Counted from the stretch's first letter, positions 46,485 to 57,446 are shown. The stretch: 64,000 bases of DNA from an uncultured Pseudobdellovibrionaceae bacterium (GCA_964360255.1 CAYHVK010000014.1:10384-74383), one strand, 5' to 3'. Notes: generated by a model not told the origin, from the sequence alone. Made by a program: numbers and translations.

Positions 46485-48914
46485 ATGTCATATATACATT
46501 CTGAAATTGAAAAACGTTGGCAGGCCAAATGGGCTGAGGCGAAGTGTTTTGAAGGCCAAATCGACACGACTCGCCCTAAGTATTATGCCCTTGATATGTT
46601 CCCTTATCCGTCAGGTGCTGGACTGCACGTGGGGCACTTGGCCTCTTACACTCCGACCGATATTATGTCGCGCTACAAACGCGCTCAAGGCTTCAATGTT
46701 CTTCACCCAATGGGTTACGATGCTTTCGGTTTACCGGCTGAGCAGTATGCTATTCAAACTGGTATTCACCCCGCGATCACAACTAACACAGCGATTGAAA
46801 ATTTCCGTCGTCAGTTACAAAATTTTGGTTATAGCTTTGACTGGAGCCGCGAGATCTCTTCTTGCGAGCCTGAGTACTATCACTGGACACAGTTTATTTT
46901 TCTTAAACTTTTCGAGCGTGGCTTAGCTTATCAAAAAGAAGCGCCGGTGAATTGGTGCCCAGCACTGCGCACAGTTTTGGCCAACGAAGAAGTTGTAGAC
47001 GGTAAATCTGAGCGTGGTGGCCACCCCGTCTTCAGAGTGAAGATGCGCCAGTGGATGCTGAAAATCACAGCCTATGCCGAACGCCTCTTAACTGATCTTG
47101 ATCTTATCGACTGGCCTGAAGCCACTAAAGAAGCTCAGCGCAACTGGATTGGCAAAAGCGAAGGCGCTGATATTCGTTTTTCTGTGGCCGGCACTCCGGC
47201 GACAGATCAACCAGCCGACCAGGCCAACCAACCGCTGCAATTTGAAATCTTCACCACTCGCCCCGACACCATTTACGGTGCGACATTTATGGTTTTGGCG
47301 CCTGAGCATCCGTTAGTAAAAACAATTACGACGGCCGCTCAATCTAAAGAGATCACTGAGTACACTGAAGCCGCATCTCGCAAGAGTGAGATGGAGCGTA
47401 AAGCGACCGTCGATAAAACAGGTGTTTTCACTGGTGCCTATGCCATAAATCCTTTCAGCAAGAAAAAGCTCCCAATCTGGATTGCGGACTACGTTCTTAT
47501 GGATTACGGAACTGGCGCGATTATGGCTGTTCCGGCCCATGATGCTCGTGATTTTGAATTTGCGACGAAGTTTAAACTTCCGATTGAACAAGTGCTCAGC
47601 GATGGCCAAGCGCAAACTGTTTTACCATTTGAGGGCGAAGGCACTCTGGTGAATTCAGATTTCTTGAATGGCCTTAAGAAAACTGAAGCCATTCAAAAAG
47701 CCATTGCTAAAGTTGAAGCTGATAAAATCGGCACTCGCCGCGTTCAATACAAACTTCGCGATTGGCTCTTCAGCCGTCAGCGCTACTGGGGCGAGCCGAT
47801 TCCAATTGTTTACAATAATGCTGGTCAGCCTATTGGACTTTCTGAAGAAGAACTTCCGTTAACACTTCCGCAAGTGGCTGATTATCAACCTTCAGAAAAA
47901 GGCGAACCACCACTGGCTCGCGCCACAGAATGGGTTCAGCACCCCAAAGGTCGTCGCGATACCGATACAATGCCGGGCTCTGCAGGTTCAAGCTGGTACT
48001 TCTTGCGCTATACAGATCCTCATAATTCTAAAGCTCCGTTTAGTTTTGAAGCTCAGAAGTATTGGATGCCAGTTGACCTTTACGTGGGCGGTTCTGAACA
48101 CACTGTGGGTCATCTTCTCTACTCTCGCTTTTGGCATAAAGTTCTTTTCGACTGTGGTTTAGTTTCGACTCCTGAGCCGTTCAAAAAGTTAGCTCACCAA
48201 GGCGTTGTTATGGGACCTGACGGCCAGAGAATGTCGAAATCTCGCGGTAACGTTGTGAACCCAGATGATGTTCGTGAAAAATATGGCGTCGATGCTTCTC
48301 GTTTATATATCTGCTTCTTAGGTCCGTTTGATAAAGACAAACCTTGGGATTCAAAAGGCATTGAGGGCGTTCGTCGCTTCTTAGATCGCGTTTGGCGCTT
48401 GGCTTTTGATGAAAATGGCAAAGTGATTGCTGATGACCAAGCCATTCCTACTGAGCTTGAGCGCGTGCTTCACAAGACTATTAAAAAAGTCGGTGATGAC
48501 ATTGAAGCTATGAACTTCAATACAGCCATCAGCCAAATGATGATCTTAGTGAATGAGGCCTACCGCCTGAACGTTCGCTCGAAGACGGTTCTTTTGAAAT
48601 TAGCTCAACTCTTGCAACCATTTGCTCCTTTCTTTGCAGAAGAAGTGTGGAGCGGACTGGGTGGCCAAGGCTTTGTTTCAATGGCAAAGTGGCCTTCTTA
48701 CGATGCTAAGCTCGTTGTAGACGACACAGCAGAGATGGGCGTTCAAGTGAACGGAAAAATGCGCGGAACCATTCAAATTCCGCTTACTGTGACTCAAGAC
48801 GATGCTATGGCTATGGCCTTAAAGGTAAATACTGTTGCGAATGCTATAGGAACTATGGCAATAACAAAGATTATTTTTAAACCAGGGCAGATTTTAAATA
48901 TTATTGTGAAATAA
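46485..48914 (+). CDS. leuS: Leucine--tRNA ligase
   Basis: PYPSGAGLHVGH (HIGH) and RMSKSRGN (KMSKS). 809 aa. Confidence 0.95.
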   Translation: MSYIHSEIEKRWQAKWAEAKCFEGQIDTTRPKYYALDMFPYPSGAGLHVGHLASYTPTDIMSRYKRAQGFNVLHPMGYDAFGLPAEQYAIQTGIHPAITTNTAIENFRRQLQNFGYSFDWSREISSCEPEYYHWTQFIFLKLFERGLAYQKEAPVNWCPALRTVLANEEVVDGKSERGGHPVFRVKMRQWMLKITAYAERLLTDLDLIDWPEATKEAQRNWIGKSEGADIRFSVAGTPATDQPADQANQPLQFEIFTTRPDTIYGATFMVLAPEHPLVKTITTAAQSKEITEYTEAASRKSEMERKATVDKTGVFTGAYAINPFSKKKLPIWIADYVLMDYGTGAIMAVPAHDARDFEFATKFKLPIEQVLSDGQAQTVLPFEGEGTLVNSDFLNGLKKTEAIQKAIAKVEADKIGTRRVQYKLRDWLFSRQRYWGEPIPIVYNNAGQPIGLSEEELPLTLPQVADYQPSEKGEPPLARATEWVQHPKGRRDTDTMPGSAGSSWYFLRYTDPHNSKAPFSFEAQKYWMPVDLYVGGSEHTVGHLLYSRFWHKVLFDCGLVSTPEPFKKLAHQGVVMGPDGQRMSKSRGNVVNPDDVREKYGVDASRLYICFLGPFDKDKPWDSKGIEGVRRFLDRVWRLAFDENGKVIADDQAIPTELERVLHKTIKKVGDDIEAMNFNTAISQMMILVNEAYRLNVRSKTVLLKLAQLLQPFAPFFAEEVWSGLGGQGFVSMAKWPSYDAKLVVDDTAEMGVQVNGKMRGTIQIPLTVTQDDAMAMALKVNTVANAIGTMAITKIIFKPGQILNIIVK

Positions 48915-48937
48915 CACTTTCACTAAAGTGAGTAAAA

Positions 48938-50839
48938 ATGAGTTGGTCAGTCGAAAAAAGTGCAGAGTTATACGGTATCAACAACTGGGGCTCAGGCTAT
49001 TTTAAGATCAATCAAAAAGGGAATATTGAAATCACACCTTTCAAAGGCCAACCCGGCTTAGATCTTCACCAGCTCGTTGGCGATTTAAGAGCGCGCGGTA
49101 TCCGCCCACCGATTTTGATTCGCGTTCCGAATCTTCTTCAAGCTCGTATTGAACTTATCTCAGGTTGTTTCAACAACGCTATTCGTGAATCTGGCTACAA
49201 AGGCACTTATTCAGGCGTTTACCCAATTAAAGTGAACCAGCAGCGCCATTTACTTGAAGAAATCGTTGAATTCGGTCGGGCGTGCCGCCTTGGTTTAGAA
49301 TGCGGCTCAAAGCCCGAACTTTTAGTGGCTCTCGCTTACATGGATAATCCTGATGCTTACGTGGTGTGCAACGGCTTTAAAGACGTGGAGTATGTTGAAA
49401 CGGCTCTTTTATCTTCTAAACTTGGTCGCAGCACCTTCATCGTCGTAGATCGCTTCGCCGAGCTCGGCATTATTATTAATTCATCTAAGAAACTCAATAT
49501 CAAACCAAAAATCGGACTGCGCGCGAAGCTGACAACAAAAGGCGAAGGCAAGTGGATTGAATCTTCAGGCGCTCGCTCGAAGTTCGGGCTCTCTCCTTCT
49601 GAAATCGTGCAAGCCATTCAAGTTCTTAAAGATGAGAATATGCTCGATTGCCTTGAGCTTCTTCACTTCCATATCGGCTCGCAGGTTCCATCCATTCAAT
49701 CGATCAAAGGCTCGATTAAAGAAGCGGCTCGTTTCTTCACGGAGTTCCACGCTCTTGGCGCGAGTCCAAAATATGTGGACGTAGGCGGCGGTCTCGGTAT
49801 CGATTATGATGGTTCGGGCAAAAGTCACAGCTCAACCAATTACTCAGAGCAAGAATATGCCAACGATGTGGTTTCAATTCTTCAAACCATCTGCGATGAA
49901 AAGAATGTTCCTCACCCGAATATTATTTCTGAATCGGGTCGCGCTATTGTCGCTCACAGCTCGTTCTTGGTTTTCGATGTTCTTGGCCTCAACGAGGTTG
50001 AAAAACATGAAATTCCGTTTGCCGTTGATAAGAAAGATTCTTTAATTGTAAAAGATCTTCTCTACATTCACGAAAATGTGAATTCAAAAAACATCAATGA
50101 GTTCTACAACGACTTGGTTGAGAAGAAAAATGACGCTCTTCAACTTTTCTCGTTCGGTGGACTCAGCCTCGAGCAACGTGCAAAGGCTGAAGATATTTAC
50201 TGGGCCTGCGCAACGAAAATGACAAAAGTAGCGAAAGACAATCCGGACGCTGAAGACATTTACTGGGCGCTTCAAAAAGATCTCTCTGATACTTATTTCT
50301 GCAACTTCTCAATTTTTCAATCTCTCCCCGACTCTTGGGCCGTTCAACAGGTCTTTCCATTGATGCCGATTCATCGCCTCAATGAACAGCCCGATCAGCG
50401 CGCCACAATTGCCGATCTCACTTGTGATAGTGACGGTAAAATCGATAACTTTATTGATCCGGATACGGGTAAATCTCAAGGCTATCTTGAAGTGCACGAT
50501 ATTCGTCCTGATGAACCTTACTATATGGCCGCTTTTTTAGCGGGCGCCTACCAAGAAATCTTGGGCGACCTCCATAATCTTTTCGGCGACACAGATACAG
50601 TTCACATTTCTATAAACGAGAATGGAACTTATCATATTGATCACGCCCTGGTGGGCGATTCAGTCACTGAAGTTCTCAGCTACCTCGACTTCAATCGCCC
50701 TGAAATGGTTGAACGCTTGCGACGTGCATCTGAACAGAGTATCGTTAAGGGAACACTGACACATTCTGAAGCGAAAACGCTTATGAAGCACTACGAAGAG
50801 GGACTGTCAGGTTATACCTATTTAGAAGACGCGGAGTAA
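48938..50839 (+). CDS. speA: Biosynthetic arginine decarboxylase
   Basis: SAELYGINNWGSGYF N-terminus, YPIKVNQQ PLP-lysine region, 633 aa. Confidence 0.9.
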   Translation: MSWSVEKSAELYGINNWGSGYFKINQKGNIEITPFKGQPGLDLHQLVGDLRARGIRPPILIRVPNLLQARIELISGCFNNAIRESGYKGTYSGVYPIKVNQQRHLLEEIVEFGRACRLGLECGSKPELLVALAYMDNPDAYVVCNGFKDVEYVETALLSSKLGRSTFIVVDRFAELGIIINSSKKLNIKPKIGLRAKLTTKGEGKWIESSGARSKFGLSPSEIVQAIQVLKDENMLDCLELLHFHIGSQVPSIQSIKGSIKEAARFFTEFHALGASPKYVDVGGGLGIDYDGSGKSHSSTNYSEQEYANDVVSILQTICDEKNVPHPNIISESGRAIVAHSSFLVFDVLGLNEVEKHEIPFAVDKKDSLIVKDLLYIHENVNSKNINEFYNDLVEKKNDALQLFSFGGLSLEQRAKAEDIYWACATKMTKVAKDNPDAEDIYWALQKDLSDTYFCNFSIFQSLPDSWAVQQVFPLMPIHRLNEQPDQRATIADLTCDSDGKIDNFIDPDTGKSQGYLEVHDIRPDEPYYMAAFLAGAYQEILGDLHNLFGDTDTVHISINENGTYHIDHALVGDSVTEVLSYLDFNRPEMVERLRRASEQSIVKGTLTHSEAKTLMKHYEEGLSGYTYLEDAE

Positions 50840-50841
50840 AA

Positions 50842-51204
50842 GTGGATTACAGCTACATAGCGCCCGATGCAATTTTAGGAGAATACCTTCAACTGCTCTT
50901 CTTCGGGTTCTTTGGTCTTTCTACTCTTTTTCTCATCGCACTCTTCGCTCTTTCTTATAAATACAAAATAATCATTCCGCTCTTAAGTTATATGGGGGCG
51001 TCTTCGATTCCCTTTTGCTTCGGAATTGCATCAAAGTATTTTGTTGTGACAAAAACCTGCGTATCAAGCCAGCAGTGTGACGGCATGTCTATCATCGCGC
51101 TCTTTATGTATTTCTTTGTGAATGGACTCTTAGCTCTCAGTTTCTGGAATTTGCGCTCCAAACAAGAGCGAGCCGCAGCGGTCGCGCCCTCAAGAGCGGC
51201 TTAA
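50842..51204 (+). CDS. Small multi-TM membrane protein, unknown function
   Basis: Three or four hydrophobic segments. GTG start 2 nt after the speA stop. Confidence 0.45.
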   Translation: MDYSYIAPDAILGEYLQLLFFGFFGLSTLFLIALFALSYKYKIIIPLLSYMGASSIPFCFGIASKYFVVTKTCVSSQQCDGMSIIALFMYFFVNGLLALSFWNLRSKQERAAAVAPSRAA

Positions 51205-52223
51205 GACTTTCTGGGGTCAAAGGCTTCTCGAACACCCTCACCGATTAAATTTAAAACTACGAGTGATACAAAAAGTGCCAAAGACGGATACACGGCAAGC
51301 CACCACGCAATTGTGAAATTCTTTTGAGCCTGGCCGAGCAACTCCCCCCAACTTGGTGTTGGAGGCGGCAAACCGAAACCGAGATAATCAAGAGCCGCCA
51401 AAGATGCAATACCTCCCGCTATAGCGAACGGACTAAAAGTGATCAGTGGGCCCATGGCATTGGGTAAAATGTGTTTAAAGATGAGCCTCGCACGTGAGGC
51501 CCCCAATGCTTTTGCTGACTCGACGAAGTCGCGATTTCTGAGCCGTAAAAACTCGGCGCGCATATAAATCGAAATCATCATCCAGCCAAAGAATGATGAG
51601 AAAACAATTAATAACCACATATTCGCACCAAAAATAGTCATAAGCGTAATGAGGAGTAAAAGCGTCGGTACCGAATCAAAAATTTCAACTAAGCGCTGGC
51701 CCCAGAGATCCACTTTGCCGCCGGCAAAACCCATAACCGCGCCGATGACGACTCCGATAAAGAAAGAGATCAGCCAAACGAAAATTGAGAAAATAAAGCT
51801 GTAACGGAATCCGTAAAGTAAACGTGAGAGAACATCGCGACCACGGTCGTCGGTGCCGAACCAGTTTTCATTTGATGGTGGGCCTGGGTAAACTTCAACT
51901 TTATTATTACTTTCAAAAGGATCCCATTTCACGATGGGCCAAATCGCCCAATTACCATTCTCAGTAAGATTGAGGGCGCGATAGTCGGTGACGAAAATAT
52001 CTTCTTGGCCAAAAACAGTTGGGTGATAAGTCTTGAGGGATGGAAAGTAAGTTTGCCCTTGATAAGACATGATCAGTGGTTTGTTATTCGCCCAAAATTC
52101 GGCCGTGATGCTTAAGAAAATAAGAAAAGCGAACAACCAAGCGGCCATCACTGCGCGTTTAATAGAGCAGAATCTATTCCAACGCTTAAGTGTAAGTGGG
52201 TTGGTGATAAAACAACTGATCAT
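51201..52223 (-). CDS. ABC transporter permease (YejE-like)
   Basis: WFGTDDRGRDVLSRL motif, EAA region FVESAKALGAS. Confidence 0.85.
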   Translation of the reverse strand: MISCFITNPLTLKRWNRFCSIKRAVMAAWLFAFLIFLSITAEFWANNKPLIMSYQGQTYFPSLKTYHPTVFGQEDIFVTDYRALNLTENGNWAIWPIVKWDPFESNNKVEVYPGPPSNENWFGTDDRGRDVLSRLLYGFRYSFIFSIFVWLISFFIGVVIGAVMGFAGGKVDLWGQRLVEIFDSVPTLLLLITLMTIFGANMWLLIVFSSFFGWMMISIYMRAEFLRLRNRDFVESAKALGASRARLIFKHILPNAMGPLITFSPFAIAGGIASLAALDYLGFGLPPPTPSWGELLGQAQKNFTIAWWLAVYPSLALFVSLVVLNLIGEGVREAFDPRKS

Positions 52224-53242
52224 GTGAAATCAATCCTTGGGTCAACAACCACGTAGAGAAGATCTGAAATCAAACGACCCAAAAGAGAAACTAAGCTCGA
52301 GATAAATATCAAAGCCATGATCACATTGTAATCGCGGGCCAGAGTTGATTTATAACCTAAGAGACCAATTCCATCGAGATTGAAAAGTGTTTCGATAATG
52401 AGAGAGCCAGCCAAGAACACTCCAAGAAAACTGCCCACGCCAGTCACAACTGGAATCAGTGCGTTTCTCAAAACGTGTTTGTACATCACTGTGCTTTCTT
52501 TAAGGCCTTTGGCGCGTGCCGTGCGAACGTAATCGAGCTTCACTTCATCAAGAATTGAGTTCTTCATCATAAAGGTGAGAACCGTAAAGCTGTTCACCAT
52601 GTAGCAAATCATCGGGAGAATAAAGTGATGAGCCCGGTCGAGAAATTTACCCATAAAAGTCAAAGACTCGTAGCTGTCTGATTGAATACCACTCAGCGGA
52701 AACCAATTGAAATACGAACCGCCGGCAAAGAATACAATTAAGAGCACGCCGAGCATGAGCGCTGGCACTGAATACATCAAGAAAAGAACAAAGCTCGATG
52801 AGATATCAAACGCCCCACCGTCTTTGGTCGCCTTAATAACACCAAGAGGAACACAAATAATATAGGTGAGAAGCAGCGAGAGAATACCGAACTGAAGTGA
52901 AACGGGGAATTTTGAAACAATCACATCAATCACTGGCTCTTCGTAAGTGAAAGACTCGCCGAAATTAAAAGTCACAACATTTTTAAGCCAGATAAAGTAA
53001 CGAACGTGCAAAGGCTTATCAAAACCGTATTGTTTTCTCAAAGCCTCAATGACTTCTTCAGATACACCGGCATCACCACGAGTGTTGCTGCTTTCGCCTC
53101 CAGCACCGCCGAAGCGCATCTGCTGAATCTTCTGCTCGATAGGGCCACCAGGAGCCAAATTAATCACTGCGAACGATAATATAGTGATCCCGAGCAGAGT
53201 CGGAATCATCATTAGAATACGTTTCAGTAAGTATTTAAACAT
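52220..53242 (-). CDS. ABC transporter permease (YejB-like)
   Basis: MFKYLLKRILMMIPTLLGI..., VRTARAKGL EAA loop. Confidence 0.85.
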   Translation of the reverse strand: MFKYLLKRILMMIPTLLGITILSFAVINLAPGGPIEQKIQQMRFGGAGGESSNTRGDAGVSEEVIEALRKQYGFDKPLHVRYFIWLKNVVTFNFGESFTYEEPVIDVIVSKFPVSLQFGILSLLLTYIICVPLGVIKATKDGGAFDISSSFVLFLMYSVPALMLGVLLIVFFAGGSYFNWFPLSGIQSDSYESLTFMGKFLDRAHHFILPMICYMVNSFTVLTFMMKNSILDEVKLDYVRTARAKGLKESTVMYKHVLRNALIPVVTGVGSFLGVFLAGSLIIETLFNLDGIGLLGYKSTLARDYNVIMALIFISSLVSLLGRLISDLLYVVVDPRIDFT

Positions 53243-53248
53243 AGCTCT

Positions 53249-54898
53249 CTATTTGTTGCTGATCCACCAAGTGTCCACACCAACGCCGTACTTGTAAGTT
53301 GGCTGCACCATTTTCATTCGCGAGTTGTATCCGTAAAAAGAAGCTGTCGTGTTAATCAGGAATGTATAAGGCACGTCTTGCGCTACCAGATCGTAAATCT
53401 CTTGCATCATTGGCCGACGCTTTTTATCGTTGAGTTCTTCGCGAGCCTTGTCGATCAGCTGATCTACTTTTTCATTCTTGTAACTGATAAAGTTTGAGCC
53501 ACCTTTAACTGAGCTGGCTGAATGCCAGATCTGTTTCGGGTCACCGTCAACAGTTCCGCCCCAAACTAAAAAAAGAGCTTCAAATTCTTTCTCATCCATT
53601 TTCTTCTGAAAGGCATTCCAGTCGATATTTGAAATGGACATATCGATACCGGCTTTTTTCAGCTCTTCTTTATAAACAGTAAAGTACTTCTCATAGTCTT
53701 TATTCGGGTTTAAAAGTGTGAAGCGGAATTCTTTCTTCTTACCATCGATTATTTTATCAAGAACACCGTTCTTATCTGAATCTGACCAGCCCGCTTTAGC
53801 TAAAATCTCTTTGGCTTTCTTAGGGTCATAACTAATAGCTTTTGTTTTTGGATTGGCCGTTGGACTCTGCTGATACCACGGACCTGTTGCCGGCTTAGCA
53901 ACACCGAAGAAAAATTTCTTGGCCATCTCTTCACGGTTATAAAGATGTGTCATCGCTAAACGTACTTCACGGTCTTTAAAAATAATGTTTTTGTTGTTCC
54001 AGCCAATGAATGGTGTCGAGCGCGGTGCTGAGTTCTCGTATTGTTTTTTAAGAACTTTTGTTCCCCACGGCTCACCTTTTGTTTTCAAGAAGTAATCTTC
54101 TGGGCTCAAGCCCTTGTAATCTAGCTCTCCACGCTTGAGAGTTTCTAAAGCCACGCTGTCTTCGCGAATGATTCGCATGTGGATTTTTTCAGCTTTATAA
54201 TAGCCCGCATAGTAAGGAACTTTACTCCCCCACCACTTCTGATTTTTTGTGAGGATAATCGAGCGACCCTGATCGTACTTCTCCAGTACGTACGGGCCCG
54301 AGCCCATAACTTCTTTATTCATCTTCTTACTTTTATCGCCGTAAACATGCTTCGGTAGTACCGTTAGACCTGCAGCCACTTCAAAATTTTTAAAGTATTT
54401 CTTTTTCACATTGAATTTAACTGTATTCGCATCGATCACTTCTACAGATGAGAAGTTCTCATAGTAGGGCTGTAAAACTGCTGCTTTGTAAGCTGGGTCA
54501 AAAATGGCATCGTATGAAAATTTCACATCATCAGCTGTTACCGGTTTACCATCGGCAAACACAGCGTCTTTGCGCATGTAAAATGTAAAGCTCATACCGT
54601 CTTTAGATGTTTCATAGCGCTCAGCTAGTGCTGGGGCCCAACCGTAAGTTTCAATGTCACGGTTCATTAGGCTTTCGTGAATGTATCCACGTACATCATT
54701 TGAATAAGCATCTGTGGCCCCGCTAAACGGATTGAGTGTCGATGGCTCTGCATTTAGCAGCAAGTAAAATGTACCTCCGGCTGGGGCCGTAGGACTCCCC
54801 AAGGGCTTTAGTGCTTGCGCCGAGCTGGGATTCGGCTGAAGTGCTAAAATTAGAAAAAAACCAATGAGATAGGTGGATTTATTCAAAGCGCTAAACAT
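53249..54898 (-). CDS. ABC transporter substrate-binding protein (family 5, YejA-like)
   Basis: Signal peptide. 549 aa with a family-5 SBP-like sequence (MGSGPYVLEKYD). Confidence 0.8.
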   Translation of the reverse strand: MFSALNKSTYLIGFFLILALQPNPSSAQALKPLGSPTAPAGGTFYLLLNAEPSTLNPFSGATDAYSNDVRGYIHESLMNRDIETYGWAPALAERYETSKDGMSFTFYMRKDAVFADGKPVTADDVKFSYDAIFDPAYKAAVLQPYYENFSSVEVIDANTVKFNVKKKYFKNFEVAAGLTVLPKHVYGDKSKKMNKEVMGSGPYVLEKYDQGRSIILTKNQKWWGSKVPYYAGYYKAEKIHMRIIREDSVALETLKRGELDYKGLSPEDYFLKTKGEPWGTKVLKKQYENSAPRSTPFIGWNNKNIIFKDREVRLAMTHLYNREEMAKKFFFGVAKPATGPWYQQSPTANPKTKAISYDPKKAKEILAKAGWSDSDKNGVLDKIIDGKKKEFRFTLLNPNKDYEKYFTVYKEELKKAGIDMSISNIDWNAFQKKMDEKEFEALFLVWGGTVDGDPKQIWHSASSVKGGSNFISYKNEKVDQLIDKAREELNDKKRRPMMQEIYDLVAQDVPYTFLINTTASFYGYNSRMKMVQPTYKYGVGVDTWWISNK

Positions 54899-55006
54899 GA
54901 TGTTCTCCTGATGTACTCGCTGTGTCTCGAGAGTCTATTCTCCTCGAGAAACTTTTGAATTGTAAGAGCTTGCGACATTGTTACATCTCGATTAAAACGA
55001 TGGTCT

Positions 55007-56041
55007 ATGACAAACGAAACACAAACTGGACTTTTTGGCCTACCCACAGAACGAAAAAACTCACTTATCGTGATTCAAGCCGTGCCTTGGGAAGTAACAA
55101 CCTCTTACGGAGCCGGCACTAGCCGTGGTCCAGAAGCGATCCTCGAAGCCAGTCCGCAACTTGATCTTTTCGATATTGAGCTCGGTGAAATGTATAAAGT
55201 GGGCTACCATCTCGAGCCGCTTGATACGGCTCTTCGTGATGAGAATGACATTCTTAAAAAAGTGGCTAACGAAGTTCTTGAAGAGTGGGATGAGTTCGGC
55301 GAAACAAAAGAATCGGTAAAGCCGAAAATTAAACGCATTAACGAGGCTTGCGAGAAAATGGTGAAAACCGTTTATGAGCGCACGCTTAAAACTCTCGCAG
55401 AGAAAAAAATCCCAGGGCTTATTGGCGGCGATCACTCTTCACCGCTTGGCTGCATTCAAGCCATTAGCGAATCACTGAAAGGTGACTTCGGCGTCCTTCA
55501 CATTGACGCTCACGCGGACTTACGTAACGCTTATCAAGGTTATGTTCACTCGCACGCGTCGATCATGAGAAATGTTATGTTGCTCAAAACTCCACCGAAG
55601 AAATTGGTGCAAGTGGCGATTCGTGATTTCTGCAAAGAAGAATACGACTTTATTCAAGAGTCAGAAGGCCGCATTCAAACTTTCTTCGATGAGAAATTAA
55701 AAACCCGTCTCCTTGAAGGAGAATCATGGGATAAGATCTGCAAAAACATGATCGAGTCTTTACCTAAAAATGTTTACGTTTCATTCGATATTGATGGCTT
55801 ATCCCCAGAGTTCTGCCCAAGTACCGGGACGCCAGTACCCGGCGGACTCAGTTACGATCAAGCTTTGCACTTATTCAAAGTTCTCGGTCAATCAGGACGC
55901 AAAATTGTAGGCTTCGATTTGAACGAAGTTGCACCTGGTGAAGGCGGCAGTGAATGGGATGGCAATGTCGGCGCTCGTTTACTTTTCAAACTTTGCGGGT
56001 GGACAGCTCATACGAATGGCGGCCTCAATGCCAAAGCGTAG
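55007..56041 (+). CDS. speB: Ureohydrolase-family enzyme, probable agmatinase
   Basis: GGDHS, HIDAHADL and SFDIDGL manganese-ligand motifs. Near speA. Confidence 0.7.
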   Translation: MTNETQTGLFGLPTERKNSLIVIQAVPWEVTTSYGAGTSRGPEAILEASPQLDLFDIELGEMYKVGYHLEPLDTALRDENDILKKVANEVLEEWDEFGETKESVKPKIKRINEACEKMVKTVYERTLKTLAEKKIPGLIGGDHSSPLGCIQAISESLKGDFGVLHIDAHADLRNAYQGYVHSHASIMRNVMLLKTPPKKLVQVAIRDFCKEEYDFIQESEGRIQTFFDEKLKTRLLEGESWDKICKNMIESLPKNVYVSFDIDGLSPEFCPSTGTPVPGGLSYDQALHLFKVLGQSGRKIVGFDLNEVAPGEGGSEWDGNVGARLLFKLCGWTAHTNGGLNAKA

Positions 56042-56492
56042 TGCACCAACCGAGTGGTGGAGCGAAGGCGTTCAGTTTGAATGCCAAGGCTCTGGTAAGT
56101 GCTGCACGTCTCGCGGTGAATATGGCTATGTGTTTTTCTCAATCGAAGATCGTCAGCGCGCCGCTAAGCTTTTAAAAATTACTGAAGTGCAGTTTCGTGA
56201 GCAATATTGCCAGAAAGTTGATGGCGCTTATGCACTGAAAGACCCAGCAGATAAAAATCCAGATTGTATTTTCTTAAAATCAAATCGCTGCTCGATTTAT
56301 GAAGGCCGTCCGACTCAATGCCGAACTTGGCCTTTTTGGCCAGAAGTGATGAGCGCAAAAGCTTGGAACAAAGGTGTGGCCGAATATTGTCCCGGCGTTG
56401 GCAAAGGCAAAGTGATTTCAGCTGATGTCATTCGCGCTACACTCGCCGAGCAAATTGGTAGCGAAATTAGTATTGCGAAAGAGACGAAGTAG
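56028..56492 (+). CDS. YkgJ-family cysteine-cluster protein
   Basis: ECQGSGKCCTSRGEYGYVF and CSIYEGRPTQCRTWPFW. Start at ATG 56028, overlapping speB by 14 nt. Confidence 0.7.
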   Translation: MPKRSAPTEWWSEGVQFECQGSGKCCTSRGEYGYVFFSIEDRQRAAKLLKITEVQFREQYCQKVDGAYALKDPADKNPDCIFLKSNRCSIYEGRPTQCRTWPFWPEVMSAKAWNKGVAEYCPGVGKGKVISADVIRATLAEQIGSEISIAKETK

Positions 56493-56540
56493 TCTTTTAG
56501 AGACAGAAATTTTTAGAAAAAGTTAAGTAGAAATTTATAA

Positions 56541-57446
56541 ATGAAACTGAAAATTGCTGCCGCCTTCTTCGCCGTCTATGTCATCTGGGGCTCTACTTAT
56601 TTAGCTATTCGCTTCGGCATCGAAACAATTCCGCCCCTTTCATTAGGCGCCATGAGATTTATCGTGGCTGGCCTTACCATGTTTTTGGTTTCTTATTTGG
56701 CGAAAGAAAAGCCCCTCAACTCCCACGAAGTTAAAACCGGCATTGTCAGTGGCATTTTAATGATGTCGGCCAACGGCCTTGTCTGCATTGTTGAGAAAAC
56801 AATTCCTTCAGGAATTGTCGCTGTCTTCATCGGGACAGCTCCGATATGGATGCTTTTAATTTCTTGGCTTTTCTTTAACGGGGCTCGCCCCACATTCTGG
56901 AAATTTTTCGGAGCCATCGTGGGCGCTATTGGTATCGGAATCATCGCACAAGAAAGTGCCGAGGGCTCACTTGATAATTCAGCATGGCTGGGTTTCGGAC
57001 TTCTTACTGTTTCATGTTTGTCGTGGACTTTCGGCAGCTTAATCCCCCGCCGATTGCCAAGAGTTAAGAGCGGACTCCGCTTCTCTGGCCTTCAAATGTT
57101 TGCTGGTGCTATGGGACTTACTTTATTCAGCCTTATTTTTGAAAAACCATGGGCCATTGATTGGTCACAAGTGAGCAGCACTTCATGGTGGGCGCTCGCT
57201 TACTTAATCGCCTTCGGCTCCCTCATTGCATTCTCGGCGTACACTTGGCTCAGCCGAAATGTTCAACCTCACTTAGTGAGTACTTATGCTCTCGTGAATC
57301 CGGTAGTGGCTGTATTTCTCGGAGCCATTTTTTACGACGAGGCTTTAAGCACTCATCTTCTTTTCGCCACTATCATCGTAATTGTTGGACTGAGTTTCTT
57401 GGTGATTCCAGGCTCGGTGGTTAAGCGGTTTCTATGGCGGCCCTAA
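56541..57446 (+). CDS. EamA/DMT-family transporter
   Basis: 10-TM pattern. N-terminus FAVYVIWGSTYLAIRFG typical of EamA. Confidence 0.8.
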   Translation: MKLKIAAAFFAVYVIWGSTYLAIRFGIETIPPLSLGAMRFIVAGLTMFLVSYLAKEKPLNSHEVKTGIVSGILMMSANGLVCIVEKTIPSGIVAVFIGTAPIWMLLISWLFFNGARPTFWKFFGAIVGAIGIGIIAQESAEGSLDNSAWLGFGLLTVSCLSWTFGSLIPRRLPRVKSGLRFSGLQMFAGAMGLTLFSLIFEKPWAIDWSQVSSTSWWALAYLIAFGSLIAFSAYTWLSRNVQPHLVSTYALVNPVVAVFLGAIFYDEALSTHLLFATIIVIVGLSFLVIPGSVVKRFLWRP

